A stretch of DNA of 64,000 bases. Source: Myxococcota bacterium. GTDB lineage: Bacteria > Myxococcota > B64-G9. Shown in pieces: positions 9,424 to 22,103 of this stretch (within the stretch, counting starts at the first letter, position 1; every line of letters starts with the position of its first letter). Made by a program: the position numbers and the translations under genes. Location: positions 181,547 through 245,546 of the forward strand of contig JAKLGA010000009.1 of the NCBI GenBank assembly GCA_022710975.1. Direction: 5' to 3'. The notes under the pieces were generated by a model, which was given only the letters and a program-made list of their open reading frames with translations, was not told the DNA's origin and ran no database searches.

Positions 9424-11319
9424 ATGGTTGCCTCGCCGCTCGCCGCGTCTGCTGGAGGCTCCAGGCTGCTGGCTCGTCCCTGGCTGCCCGCCCTGATCGT
9501 CGTGGGCCTGGCGCTGGCGGTGCGGCTGGTGATCCTGTGGCAGTCCCAGGCCAGCCCGACCTTCGCGGCGCCGATCATCGACTCGGCCCGCTACGACCAC
9601 CTGGCCAGGGCGCTGGCCGCGGGTGAGGACCCGGGCGCCGAGCTCTACTGGCAGCCGCCCGCCTACCCGCTGCTGCTGGCCGGGCTGTACGCGTCGAGCG
9701 GCGGCTCGATCCTCCTGGCGAAGCTGGTGCAGGCCCTGGCCGGCGCCTGCACGGCCCTGCTCGCCTGGCGGCTCGGCCGGCGGCTGGTCGGCGCCGCGGG
9801 CGGGTGGCTGGCCGGGCTGTGCGTCGCGCTGTACGGGCCGCTGGTCTACTTCGAGGGGGAGCTCCTGGCGGAGGGCTGGGCGGCGCTCCTGGCCCCGGCG
9901 CTGGTGCTCGCGCTGCTCCACGTCGCGGAGCGCGGTGGGAAGCTGGCCGGGCTGGGCGCCGGGCTGCTGCTGGGGCTCTGCTGGCTCACCCGGCCGACCT
10001 TCGCGCCGGTCTGCCTGGCCGGCCTGGCCTGGCTGGCGTGGAGGCGCTGGCGGCTGACCCCGCGCCTGGCGGCGCTGGCCCCAGTCGGGCTGGCCGCGCT
10101 CGCGCTCGGGGTGACGCTGGGCGCGCTCGGGCTGGCCTCGGCCCACGCGCTCGGGCGGCCCGCCCTGTTGCCCCTGTCCGGGGGCCTGAACCTGCACCTC
10201 GGCAACCAGCCCGAGCTGTGCCGCGGGCTGACGCTCCGGCCCGGGGCGGGCTGGGACGAGCTGGTCCACGAGGCCGAGGCGGCGGGCGCGGGCCAGGATC
10301 CCTTCGCCCAGCAGGCCCACTTCGCGGGCCGGGCCTGGGGCTTCGCCGCGGCCGATCCCCTGGGCTTCGCCCGCGGGCTGGGCGCGAAGGCCCTGCGGCT
10401 GGTGAGCGGGCGGGAGCTGCCGCGGAACACCGACGTGTACACCGCGGCCGGGTACGCGCCACTGCTGCGGGTGCTGGTGTGGAAGGCGGGCGGCTTCGGC
10501 TTCCCCTTCGGCCTGCTGCTGCCGCTGGCCGCGCTCGGGCTCGTCTTCTTCCGGCCGAGCTTCCCCGGGCCGGTCTGGCTGCTGCTCGGGCTGTGGTCGG
10601 CCTCGCTGGTGTGGGTGCTGGTGGCCGACCGCTACCGCGTGGTGCTCGTGCCGGTGCTGGCCGCGCCGGCCGCGGCCGGCGCCCTGCTGCTGGTCGAGCG
10701 CGCGCGGCGCAGGCGCTGGCGCGAGCTCTTGGCGCCGGTCGCGCTCCTCCTGGGCGTGGGCGCCCTGGCCTGGGCGCCGGGGCCGTTCTGCGAGGAGCAG
10801 GGGCCCTTCGAGGCCGAGCTCCACCTGGGGGCGGGCGCGTACCACCAGTCCCACGGCCGCCCCCGGGAGGCCCTGGCCGCCTACCGGCGCGCCCTGGCCC
10901 TGCAGCCCGGGTTCCGCGAGGCGCGGGCCAACCTGGCCGGGCTGGACAGCCAGCTCGGGCGGCTCGCGCTCCAGCGCCGGGACCCGGCCGCGGCCGAGGC
11001 GCACCTCGCGGAGGCTGTGGACCTGGGCCAGGCGGATCCGGCCACACTGAACGATCTGGCCTGGCTGCTGGCGGGCGGGGAGGGGAAGCGCTCCTCGCCC
11101 GTGGACTGCGCGCGGGCGGTCGAGCTCGGCGAGCGGGCGGTGGCGCTCACCTCGCGCCAGGACCCGGCCATGCTGGACACGCTGTCGCTGGCGCTGCTCT
11201 GCGGGGGGGAGCGGGCGCGGGCGGCGCAGGTGGCCCGCGAGGCCCTGGCGCTCGCCGAGCAGCGCGGCCTGACCGAGCTCGTCCACTCGCTCCGCGCCCG
11301 GCTCGAGCCCGGCCCGTGA
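9424..11319 (+). CDS. Polytopic membrane glycosyltransferase (GT39/ArnT/PMT_2-like) fused to C-terminal TPR repeats
   Basis: ATG at 9424 is 26 nt after the comM stop. More than 10 predicted TM helices are rich in L/A/G/W. The C-terminal roughly 180 aa has TPR-like repeats (AYHQSHGRPREALAAYRRALALQPGFREARANLAG...). Strong GC3. Confidence 0.65.
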   Translation: MVASPLAASAGGSRLLARPWLPALIVVGLALAVRLVILWQSQASPTFAAPIIDSARYDHLARALAAGEDPGAELYWQPPAYPLLLAGLYASSGGSILLAKLVQALAGACTALLAWRLGRRLVGAAGGWLAGLCVALYGPLVYFEGELLAEGWAALLAPALVLALLHVAERGGKLAGLGAGLLLGLCWLTRPTFAPVCLAGLAWLAWRRWRLTPRLAALAPVGLAALALGVTLGALGLASAHALGRPALLPLSGGLNLHLGNQPELCRGLTLRPGAGWDELVHEAEAAGAGQDPFAQQAHFAGRAWGFAAADPLGFARGLGAKALRLVSGRELPRNTDVYTAAGYAPLLRVLVWKAGGFGFPFGLLLPLAALGLVFFRPSFPGPVWLLLGLWSASLVWVLVADRYRVVLVPVLAAPAAAGALLLVERARRRRWRELLAPVALLLGVGALAWAPGPFCEEQGPFEAELHLGAGAYHQSHGRPREALAAYRRALALQPGFREARANLAGLDSQLGRLALQRRDPAAAEAHLAEAVDLGQADPATLNDLAWLLAGGEGKRSSPVDCARAVELGERAVALTSRQDPAMLDTLSLALLCGGERARAAQVAREALALAEQRGLTELVHSLRARLEPGP

Positions 11320-11405
11320 CCGATTTACGGACACCCCTGCGGACACCTCGCTCCCCCGCCGCCGCGTAACTGCCTGTTTTCCCTGGCCCGGGTCGCTGGC
11401 CCGAG

Positions 11406-11420
11406 GCTTGCAAGGCAAGC
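11406..11420. promoter_or_regulatory. Inverted repeat GCTTGC-AAG-GCAAGC about 50 nt upstream of recA; candidate operator
   Basis: Perfect 6-bp arms with a 3-bp spacer seen directly in the sequence. It does not match the Myxococcus LexA box (CTRHAMRYBYGTTCAGS) that I know. Confidence 0.3.
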
Positions 11421-11469
11421 TGGCACCCCGGCGCGGGGCCGGGGCTGGCGCGACCAAGGGAGGTGAGGG

Positions 11470-12476
<1,007 letters not shown>

Positions 12477-12477
<1 letters not shown>

Positions 12478-13377
12478 TGGACGGGGCCGAGGGCACCGCC
12501 CGGGTGCTGGCGGAGCGCAACCCGCCCACCCGGCGGGTGCCGTGCCTGGTGGTGCTCACGGGCCGGGAGGCCGGGCGGGTGCTGGCCATCGCGCGCGGCG
12601 AGCACATCCTCGGCCGGGGGCCGGGCGCCAGTCTGCGCCTGGAGGATCCGGCCATCTCCCGGCGGCACGCCCGGTTGATCGCCCGCGCCAGCCGGCTCGA
12701 GGCCGAGGATCTGGGCAGCACCAACGGGCTGTGGTGGAACGGGCAGCGGGTGCCGCGGGCCGCGCTGCTGGACGGAGACCGGCTGCAGCTCGGGGACTGC
12801 CGGCTGGCCGTGCGCTGGAGCGGCGCGGACGAGGGCCGCCTGTGGCGGCAGCTCTACCTGCGCGCCACGCGGGACGCCCTGACCGGCCTGCACAACCGCC
12901 CCAGCCTCGAGGAGCGCCTGGCCCGCGAGCTGGAGCGCCACGGGCGCTACCGGCGCGGGCTGGCGCTGCTGGTGCTCGACCTCGATCGCTTCAAGAGCCT
13001 GAACGACGCGCACGGCCACGCGGCCGGAGACGCCGTGCTGCGGGCGACGGGTCAGGTGCTGCGCGCGCAGCTGCGCGCCTCCGATCTGGCCGCGCGGGTG
13101 GGGGGCGAGGAGTTCGTGGTGCTGCTACCGGAGTGCGATCCGGCCCAGGCCCGCGAGGCGGCCGAGAAGCTGCGCCGGGAGCTGGCCGGCCTGGAGGTGG
13201 CCGGTCCGGGGGGAGCGCGCCTGAGGGTGACCGCCTCCGTGGGGGTGGCGCTGGCCGGCCCGGCCGCGGACAGCCCCGCCGCCCTGCTGGCCAGGGCGGA
13301 CGCGGCCTGCTACCGGGCCAAGCAGGGCGGCCGGGATCGGGTCTGCTGCGCCCCGCCCGCGGGCGGCGGGGAGCCGG

Positions 13378-13388
<11 letters not shown>
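12477..13388 (+). CDS. FHA domain-GGDEF diguanylate cyclase, with the active site GGEEF and the RxxD I-site intact
   Basis: Its ATG shares 1 nt with the recA TGA (TGATG). N-terminal FHA-like region (VLAIARGEHILGRGPGASLRLEDPAISRRHARL...STNGLWWNG). GGDEF domain with RASD-LAAR-V-GGEEF. Confidence 0.85.
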
Positions 13389-15099
<1,711 letters not shown>

Positions 15100-15215
15100 G
15101 CGCGCTCACCTCGCGGGAGGGCGACCCTGCCGGCCTGCCCACCCAGCCATGGGATGGTGCGGATTATCGGGTCCTGGACCGGGGGTGTCAACCCGGGCGG
15201 TCCGCCCGGCCGACC

Positions 15216-17648
15216 TCAGGAGCGACGGGCGCAGGCCGGGACGTAGGAGACGAAGCCGGGCCGCACGTCCACGCGGATGGCCTGGCAGGAGTAGGTGTCG
15301 GCGGGCTCGCAGTCGGCGTCGGTGGCGCAGGACTGGGAGCAGTACTCCATACCCGCGCCGCCGCCGCCCTCGATCAGGCACAGGCCCGTCCAGCAGACCT
15401 CCGCGCCCAGCTGGCAATCCGCCCCGAGCTGGCCGGAGCCCGGCCCGCCGACGTCGCACAGGTACAGGGCCGCGGTGCCGGTCTGGTTGTAGTCCATCTC
15501 GCAGGCCTCCCCGGAGCGGCAGTCCGAGTTGACCGTGCAGGGGCGCTTCTCCGGCTTGCACAGGTTGGTCGTGTCGTACACCGGCTGCCCGGAGTTGTCG
15601 TCGCCCAGGTAGAAAACCTGCGTCCAGCAGGTGAACTCCCGCTTGCAGAGGTTGTCCTCGCACAGGTAGCCGAGCTGGCAGGTCTCGTCGTTGGCGCAGC
15701 TCGTGGCGGTCTCGAAGGTGGGGCAGTCGGCGTCCGAGACGCACACGCCCAGGCAGTAGCCCCAGTTGCCGCACCAGACCGAGAAGCAGTTGGTCGGGTT
15801 GGAGCAGGGCGCGCCCGTGTTGTCGTAGCCGGGGCCGGAGCCGTACTGGCACTCGGTGATGAGCGACAGCCCGTCCGCGTTGAGGAACACCTGGCAGGAG
15901 CGGCCGGCGGGGCAGTCCGCGTTCCGCCCGCAGGAGTTGGGATCGCGCGTGCAGGCGTAGACCAGGTGATCCGTGCCGCCCATATCCGGGATGTAGACCC
16001 CTCCGCACACGGTGCCCTGCACGCAGTCCGAGTTCGTCACGCACATGTCGGAGCAGGTGCCGGTGGCGGCGCCGTCGCACAGGCGGTCACCGCACACGCA
16101 CAGGTTGTTCTCGCAGTCGGAGTTGGAGGTGCAGGTCCCGCCGGCCTGCTGCCCGCCGGCGTTGGGCGAGCGGCACAGGGTGAGCACGTCGGTGTTGGTC
16201 TGGCGGAAGGAGCACACCCGCGACATGGAGCAGTCCGGCGAGCGGCGGCAGATGGTCTCCCCGCTGACCTCCGGCATGCAGCTCTGGATGTTGCCGGTCA
16301 CCTCGGCCAGGGTGTAGGACACCGTCTGGCACGTCGTCCCCTCGTAGTCCGCGCAGTGCAGGTCGTCCTCGCAGATCGCGCCGCAGGAGCGGGAGATGCA
16401 CAGGGAGTTGACGCACAGGATGCCCGCGTTCTCGTCGCAGTAGTAGCCCGGCTGGCGGTTGCCGGGGATGGTCTCGATGCACTCGGTCACCAGCTGGGTG
16501 GAGGTCTCGTCCACGACCACGCCGCACAGCTGCCCGGCCGTGGTGCAGTCCGGATCCTGGTGGAAGGTGCAGGCGGTGCCCTCGTCCTGGCGCTCCAGGA
16601 TGAACGAGCACTGCGGCGAGCAGACGATGGTGAAGGCCGAGGTCAGGCTGGCCTTGGCGCTGCAGGGGAACCCCAGCCCGCCGCACTCGACGTAGAAGTT
16701 CATCTGCGAGTCGATGTGGCCCGTGCAGTAGATGGCGTCGATGCTGAAGGTCAGCGTGCAGCCGGTCTGGGTGAACTCGACGTTCTGGGCGTTGGAGATC
16801 TGCAGGCAGTAGGAGGTGATGTTGTATAGCCCGCTGAGATCCGGGCAGGTCGGGGTCTGCTCCGGGTTGACCGTGTCGTTGGTCTGCTGGCACTCCGGGA
16901 TCTCGTCGATCTGCCCGTCGCAGTCGTTGTCCATGTTGTCGCAGCGCTCGGCGACCTCGGGGTTCACGGCGGCGTTGCGGTCGTCGCAGTCATCGCCGCC
17001 CACGAACACCGCGTTGTGCAGGTCTCCGTCCACGTCCCCGTCGCGGGAGGTCGGGTCGCAGTCGTCGTCCAGGTTGTTGTAGATGACCTCGGAGGCCGCC
17101 GGGTTGACCTTGACGCTGTTGGCGTCGCCCTGCACGTCCAGGCAGTCGCAGCAGTCGCCCCAGCCATCCATGTCCCGATCGCGGCCCTGGTTCATCGTGC
17201 CCGCCGCGGAGCAGTCCGGGATGCAGCTGCCGGTGGCCACCTCGCACACGAAACCCTCCAGGATCGAGGCGTCTCCCGAGCAGTCCGCGTCCGTGGCGCA
17301 GGCGCCGGCCGTCGGCTGCTGGGGCTCGCAGCCCGGAGGCGGCGGCCGGTCCGCGTTGTCGTTCTCGTTGTGGTCCTGATCGTTGCCGCCGAACAGCTCG
17401 TAGCAGCGGCCGAGGGCCTGGTCGCAGCGCTGCATGACCGTGTCGCAGTCCAGGTCGGTGGTGCACTGCCCCAGGACCATGCGGCTGTAGCGAGAATCCA
17501 CCACGCAGCGGTTCGTGGTGGTGTCGCACACGTAGCCGGTCTGCGGGCAGTCGGTGTCGTAGCGGCATTCGCCGCTGCTGCCCGTGCAGGCCGGGAGGGC
17601 CAGGGCGGCAGCCATCAGCGCGCACACCACAAGCGTCAGGCGCTTCAT
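15216..17648 (-). CDS. Cysteine-rich secreted lipoprotein with MopE-like putative metal-binding motifs (DxDxDGxxxxDCDDxN...CDGxDNDCDG)
   Basis: AGGAGG RBS 6 nt before the ATG at 17648. Signal MKRLTLVVCALMAAALALPAC. More than 90 Cys residues, and acidic DNDCDG repeats. GC3-rich. Confidence 0.75.
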   Translation of the reverse strand: MKRLTLVVCALMAAALALPACTGSSGECRYDTDCPQTGYVCDTTTNRCVVDSRYSRMVLGQCTTDLDCDTVMQRCDQALGRCYELFGGNDQDHNENDNADRPPPPGCEPQQPTAGACATDADCSGDASILEGFVCEVATGSCIPDCSAAGTMNQGRDRDMDGWGDCCDCLDVQGDANSVKVNPAASEVIYNNLDDDCDPTSRDGDVDGDLHNAVFVGGDDCDDRNAAVNPEVAERCDNMDNDCDGQIDEIPECQQTNDTVNPEQTPTCPDLSGLYNITSYCLQISNAQNVEFTQTGCTLTFSIDAIYCTGHIDSQMNFYVECGGLGFPCSAKASLTSAFTIVCSPQCSFILERQDEGTACTFHQDPDCTTAGQLCGVVVDETSTQLVTECIETIPGNRQPGYYCDENAGILCVNSLCISRSCGAICEDDLHCADYEGTTCQTVSYTLAEVTGNIQSCMPEVSGETICRRSPDCSMSRVCSFRQTNTDVLTLCRSPNAGGQQAGGTCTSNSDCENNLCVCGDRLCDGAATGTCSDMCVTNSDCVQGTVCGGVYIPDMGGTDHLVYACTRDPNSCGRNADCPAGRSCQVFLNADGLSLITECQYGSGPGYDNTGAPCSNPTNCFSVWCGNWGYCLGVCVSDADCPTFETATSCANDETCQLGYLCEDNLCKREFTCWTQVFYLGDDNSGQPVYDTTNLCKPEKRPCTVNSDCRSGEACEMDYNQTGTAALYLCDVGGPGSGQLGADCQLGAEVCWTGLCLIEGGGGAGMEYCSQSCATDADCEPADTYSCQAIRVDVRPGFVSYVPACARRS

Positions 17649-17783
17649 CGTGGACCTCCTGGAAAGCCGACTCATCCCTGGCTACAAGTTAGAACAAAAA
17701 CCGCGCTGGGTCAATGTGGTAGCGTGTGCGGGCCCGGGGCCGGGCCGGACGGCGGTCAGGGCGGAGCGGGGGGGCGGACCGGG

Positions 17784-19451
17784 TCAGTAGTCGTCGACGG
17801 GCATCGGGGCCGACGGGCGGCGGCCCTGACGAATGGCCTGCGGATCGACGTCGGTGAGCAGGCTCTCGTTCGTCTCGACGCGGGCCTGCGCCAGGCGATC
17901 GGACAGCCAGGTGCGCAGCTGCGCCGCGCGGCGGCCGCGCAGGATCTCCAGGCGCAGATCCTCCTTGGCCTGGGCGAACATGCCCATGTCGGGCTCGGCC
18001 CTGTCGGCCAGGCGGAAGACCACGTACTCCTTGCCGCCCAGAGGGTTGTCCACCTCGAACACCTGCTCCGGGTAGGGCTGCTCCTTGGTCAGCGCGAAGG
18101 CCGCGCGCGCGAGCGCCTTGTCCAGGCCGAGCTGGGGCAGGTAGCCCATCATGCGCGCCACCAGGCCCGTCTTGCGGGCCTGGGGCTTGGGCGCGGGCGG
18201 CGCCTTGGGCGCGTCCGCCGGCTGGGCCGGGTCCGCCGTCTCGGCGGGTTTGGGCAGGAGCTCCTCGAGGGTCTTGCCGGCCTTCATCTCGGCGAACAGC
18301 CGCTCGGCCTCGGCCTTGGCCTTGGCCCCCGCCCGCTCCTCCAGCAGCAACCCGCGGGCCAGCTCCTGCTCGACCTTCTCCAGCGGGGTGATCTCCGCCT
18401 CGACCACCTTCAGCACCTTGAACACGTGGAAGCCCTTGTCCGACTTGACCACGCCGCTCAGCTCCCCCTCCTTGAGGGCGAAGGCGGCCTCGGCCAGGGG
18501 CGCGCCCCAGCGCGCGGTCAGCTCGTCGCGGCCCATGAGCGGCAGCTCGCCGCCCTTCTCGCGGGTGGCGTCGTCCTGGGAGTACTCCTTGGCCTGCGCG
18601 GCGATCTCGGCCCCCTTGACCAGGTCCTCGTGGGTCAGCTCGGCCCGCTCCTTGCGGTCGGCGACCACGTCCTCGCTGGCGCCCTGCTCGGTCTCGAAGA
18701 ATACGTGGGCGACCTGCACCTTCTTGGGCTTGTTGTACTGCGCGTCGCGCTCCTTGTAGGCCGCCTCGACGCGGGCCCGGTTGGCTCCAAGGAACTCGGC
18801 CACCTCGGCGTCGGTGGCCTGCGCGTCCTGGCGGAACATGGCGCTCGAGAGGCGGACGTACTCCACGTCGACCTTGGACTCGTGCAGGCGGTAGCTCTGC
18901 TCCAGCTCCTCGTCGGTGACGCGGGCGGCCTCCTGGATGACCCCGGACATGCGCTGGGCCAGCATCTGCTGGCGCCACATCTCCTCGAACACGGTCGGGG
19001 AGGTCTCGAAGTAGCGCTGGATGATCAGCTTGTACTTGCTGAAGTCGAAGCGCTTGTTGTCGTCCAGGAACATGGGCGACTTGCGGATGTCGGCGTTGCG
19101 CTCCTCGTCGCTCACCCGCAGGCCCACCTCGCGGGCCGCCTGGATGAGCAGCGTCTGCTCGATCAGGCTCTCGATCACCCGCTGGCGCATGGCCAGCTTC
19201 TCCTCGCGCTTCAGGCCCCGCTCCTTGCGGTTGGCGAGCGTGTTGCGCAGATCGGTCCGGAAGGCGAACAGGAAGGTGTCCTCGGTGATCGGCTCGCCGT
19301 TGACCATGGCGGCCACCGGCATACCGCTGCAGCCCCCCGAACGGAAGCCGGCGGAGCCTGCGCCGAACGAGAAGACGAACACGAAGATGATGAACCCGAA
19401 CAGCAGGATGACGATGGCCGACTGGGCCTGGGTGCGCATCTTGTCGAGCAT
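17784..19451 (-). CDS. PpiD/SurA-like periplasmic chaperone with a parvulin-type PPIase domain and an N-terminal membrane anchor
   Basis: GGAGAGG RBS before the ATG at 19451. N-terminal TM helix (IVILLFGFIIFVFVFSFG). SurA_N-like region, then parvulin motif GELSGVVKSDKGFHVFKVL. Confidence 0.8.
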   Translation of the reverse strand: MLDKMRTQAQSAIVILLFGFIIFVFVFSFGAGSAGFRSGGCSGMPVAAMVNGEPITEDTFLFAFRTDLRNTLANRKERGLKREEKLAMRQRVIESLIEQTLLIQAAREVGLRVSDEERNADIRKSPMFLDDNKRFDFSKYKLIIQRYFETSPTVFEEMWRQQMLAQRMSGVIQEAARVTDEELEQSYRLHESKVDVEYVRLSSAMFRQDAQATDAEVAEFLGANRARVEAAYKERDAQYNKPKKVQVAHVFFETEQGASEDVVADRKERAELTHEDLVKGAEIAAQAKEYSQDDATREKGGELPLMGRDELTARWGAPLAEAAFALKEGELSGVVKSDKGFHVFKVLKVVEAEITPLEKVEQELARGLLLEERAGAKAKAEAERLFAEMKAGKTLEELLPKPAETADPAQPADAPKAPPAPKPQARKTGLVARMMGYLPQLGLDKALARAAFALTKEQPYPEQVFEVDNPLGGKEYVVFRLADRAEPDMGMFAQAKEDLRLEILRGRRAAQLRTWLSDRLAQARVETNESLLTDVDPQAIRQGRRPSAPMPVDDY

Positions 19452-19565
19452 TTCCGCCTCTCCTCGCGCCCGCCGCCCTGGGGGGCGCTCGATGGAGCGT
19501 AGATGATACCCGGGCAAGCCGCCGTTTCAAGAGAATTCTCACCTTCGGGGCGGGCCGCATTTTAC

Positions 19566-19593
19566 TTGCTAACCCCCTGGGTTTTTTGTAAAT
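19566..19593 (+). promoter_or_regulatory. Candidate sigma70-type promoter for mreB: TTGCTA, 16 nt, (TG)TAAAT
   Basis: The only AT-rich patch in the 220-nt divergent region between the ppiD-like gene and mreB. About 80 nt upstream of the mreB ATG. A weak AACCC/GGGTT hairpin overlaps it. Confidence 0.3.
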
Positions 19594-19668
19594 CACGGGG
19601 GGCTGCCAGGTGGCAGCTGGGTCGCATGACACGCGGGTGGGCTCGCGGGCCTCGCCCGGTGGAGATAG

Positions 19669-20714
<1,046 letters not shown>

Positions 20715-20715
<1 letters not shown>

Positions 20716-21587
20716 TGTCCAACCCGCCCCGCAACCGGCGCTGGCTGGCCGCCCTGGGGCTGAGCCTGTTCGCCCTGCTGCTGCTCGCGGCCCAGCTGCG
20801 GGCGCCGCACGAGCAGAACTGGATCGATCGGGTGGTGCTGTGGCTGACCGCCCCGCTGCAGAAGGCGGTCGGCTGGAGCCTCGAGGGCGGGGCCTCGCTG
20901 TGGCGCTCCTACGTCTGGCTGGTCGACGTCGAGGAGGAGAACGCCCGCCTGCGGACCGAGCTGGCCGCGCTGCGCAACACGCTCACGGACCAGCGCACCC
21001 TGCTGGCCGAGAACGAGCGGCTGCGCGAGCTCACCCGCATGCGCAGCCAGCTCGGCGCGCTGCCCGTGACCGGCGCGCGGGTGATCGGGCTGGGCACCTC
21101 GCCCGTCTCGCGCGTCGTGCGCATCGACGCGGGCGCCAGCGAGGGGGTGCAGGTCGGCGACGCGGTGGTGGCCGGTGGTGGCCTGGTGGGCAGGGTCTCC
21201 GGGGTGAGCGGTGGCTGGGCGGAGGTGCTGCTGCTGGTGGACAGCCGGGCCGCGGTGGACGTGGTGGTGGAGCGCTCCCGGGCCAGGGGAATCGTGCGGG
21301 GACGGGGCGATCTGCGCGGCGTGGATGTGGATCATCTGGTGCGCACCGCGGATGTCCAGGTCGGCGACGAGCTGGTCACCTCGGGCCTGGGCGGGACCTA
21401 CCCGTCCGGGCTGCGCGTCGGCACGGTGCTCTCGGTCACCACCCCCATGGTGGGGGTGTTCCGCGACGCCGAGCTGACCCCGGCGGTGGACTTCGCCCTG
21501 CTCGAGGAGCTCCTGGTCGTGCGCGCGCCCGTGCCCGCGCCGCGCCCCGGCGAGGGCGGCGGAGCGGGCGAGGGGAGGGCGCCGTGA
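20715..21587 (+). CDS. mreC: Rod shape-determining protein MreC
   Basis: Start overlaps the mreB stop (TGATG). N-terminal TM helix, coiled-coil (ENARLRTELAALRN...ENERLREL), then a beta-rich domain (GDAVVAGGGLVGRV...GDELVTSGLGGTYPSGLRVG). Confidence 0.85.
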
Positions 21588-22087
21588 GGAGCCTGCTGCT
21601 GCTGCCGCTGGCCGGGCTGCTCCTGGCCGTGGAGGGCGCGCTGCTCGCGGTCTGGCGGATCGACATGGTCAAGCCCGATCCGGTCCTGGTGCTGGTGGTG
21701 GTGCTGGCGTTCCAGCCCGACGCGCTGGCCGTCTGGAGCGTGTTCGCCCTGGGGTGCCTGGCCGACGCCATGTCGGGCTCGCCGGTCGGCCTGGGCGCCT
21801 GCCTCTACCTGCCGCTCTACGGCCTGGTGCGGGTGGCCCTGCGTTTCCTGGTGCCCGGGCGCCGGTCGGTCCAGGCCGGGGCCGTATTCTTCGCCAGCCT
21901 GGCGGCCGCCGTGCTGCTGGCGCTGCTGGCGCGCCTGCTCCAGGCGGGCGACGCGCTGCTCACCGATCTCGGCCTGTGGGCCATCCCGGTGGGCCTGTGG
22001 AACGGGTTGCTGGCCCTGCTGCTGTGGCCGGCGGTCCGCCGCCTGCTCGGCCAGGCCGAGGCGACTGGCCGGCTGGGCACGGCCTAG
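21584..22087 (+). CDS. mreD: Rod shape-determining protein MreD
   Basis: GTG overlaps the mreC stop (GTGA). 167-aa polytopic hydrophobic protein in the conserved mreBCD position. Confidence 0.7.
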   Translation: MRSLLLLPLAGLLLAVEGALLAVWRIDMVKPDPVLVLVVVLAFQPDALAVWSVFALGCLADAMSGSPVGLGACLYLPLYGLVRVALRFLVPGRRSVQAGAVFFASLAAAVLLALLARLLQAGDALLTDLGLWAIPVGLWNGLLALLLWPAVRRLLGQAEATGRLGTA

Positions 22088-22103
22088 CCAGAGGAGGCGC
22101 GGG

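Noticed and set aside
7804-11319. 1171-aa plus-strand ORF spanning comM and the glycosyltransferase
   Set aside because: Its first 1600 nt are a shifted frame of comM. The real glycosyltransferase starts at the ATG at 9424, after the comM stop.
11395-11440. Possible sigma-54 promoter (TGGCAC) or LexA box upstream of recA
   Set aside because: TGGCAC is present but is not followed at the correct spacing by TTGC. No match to the Myxococcus LexA consensus. Only the inverted repeat is retained, as a low-confidence feature.
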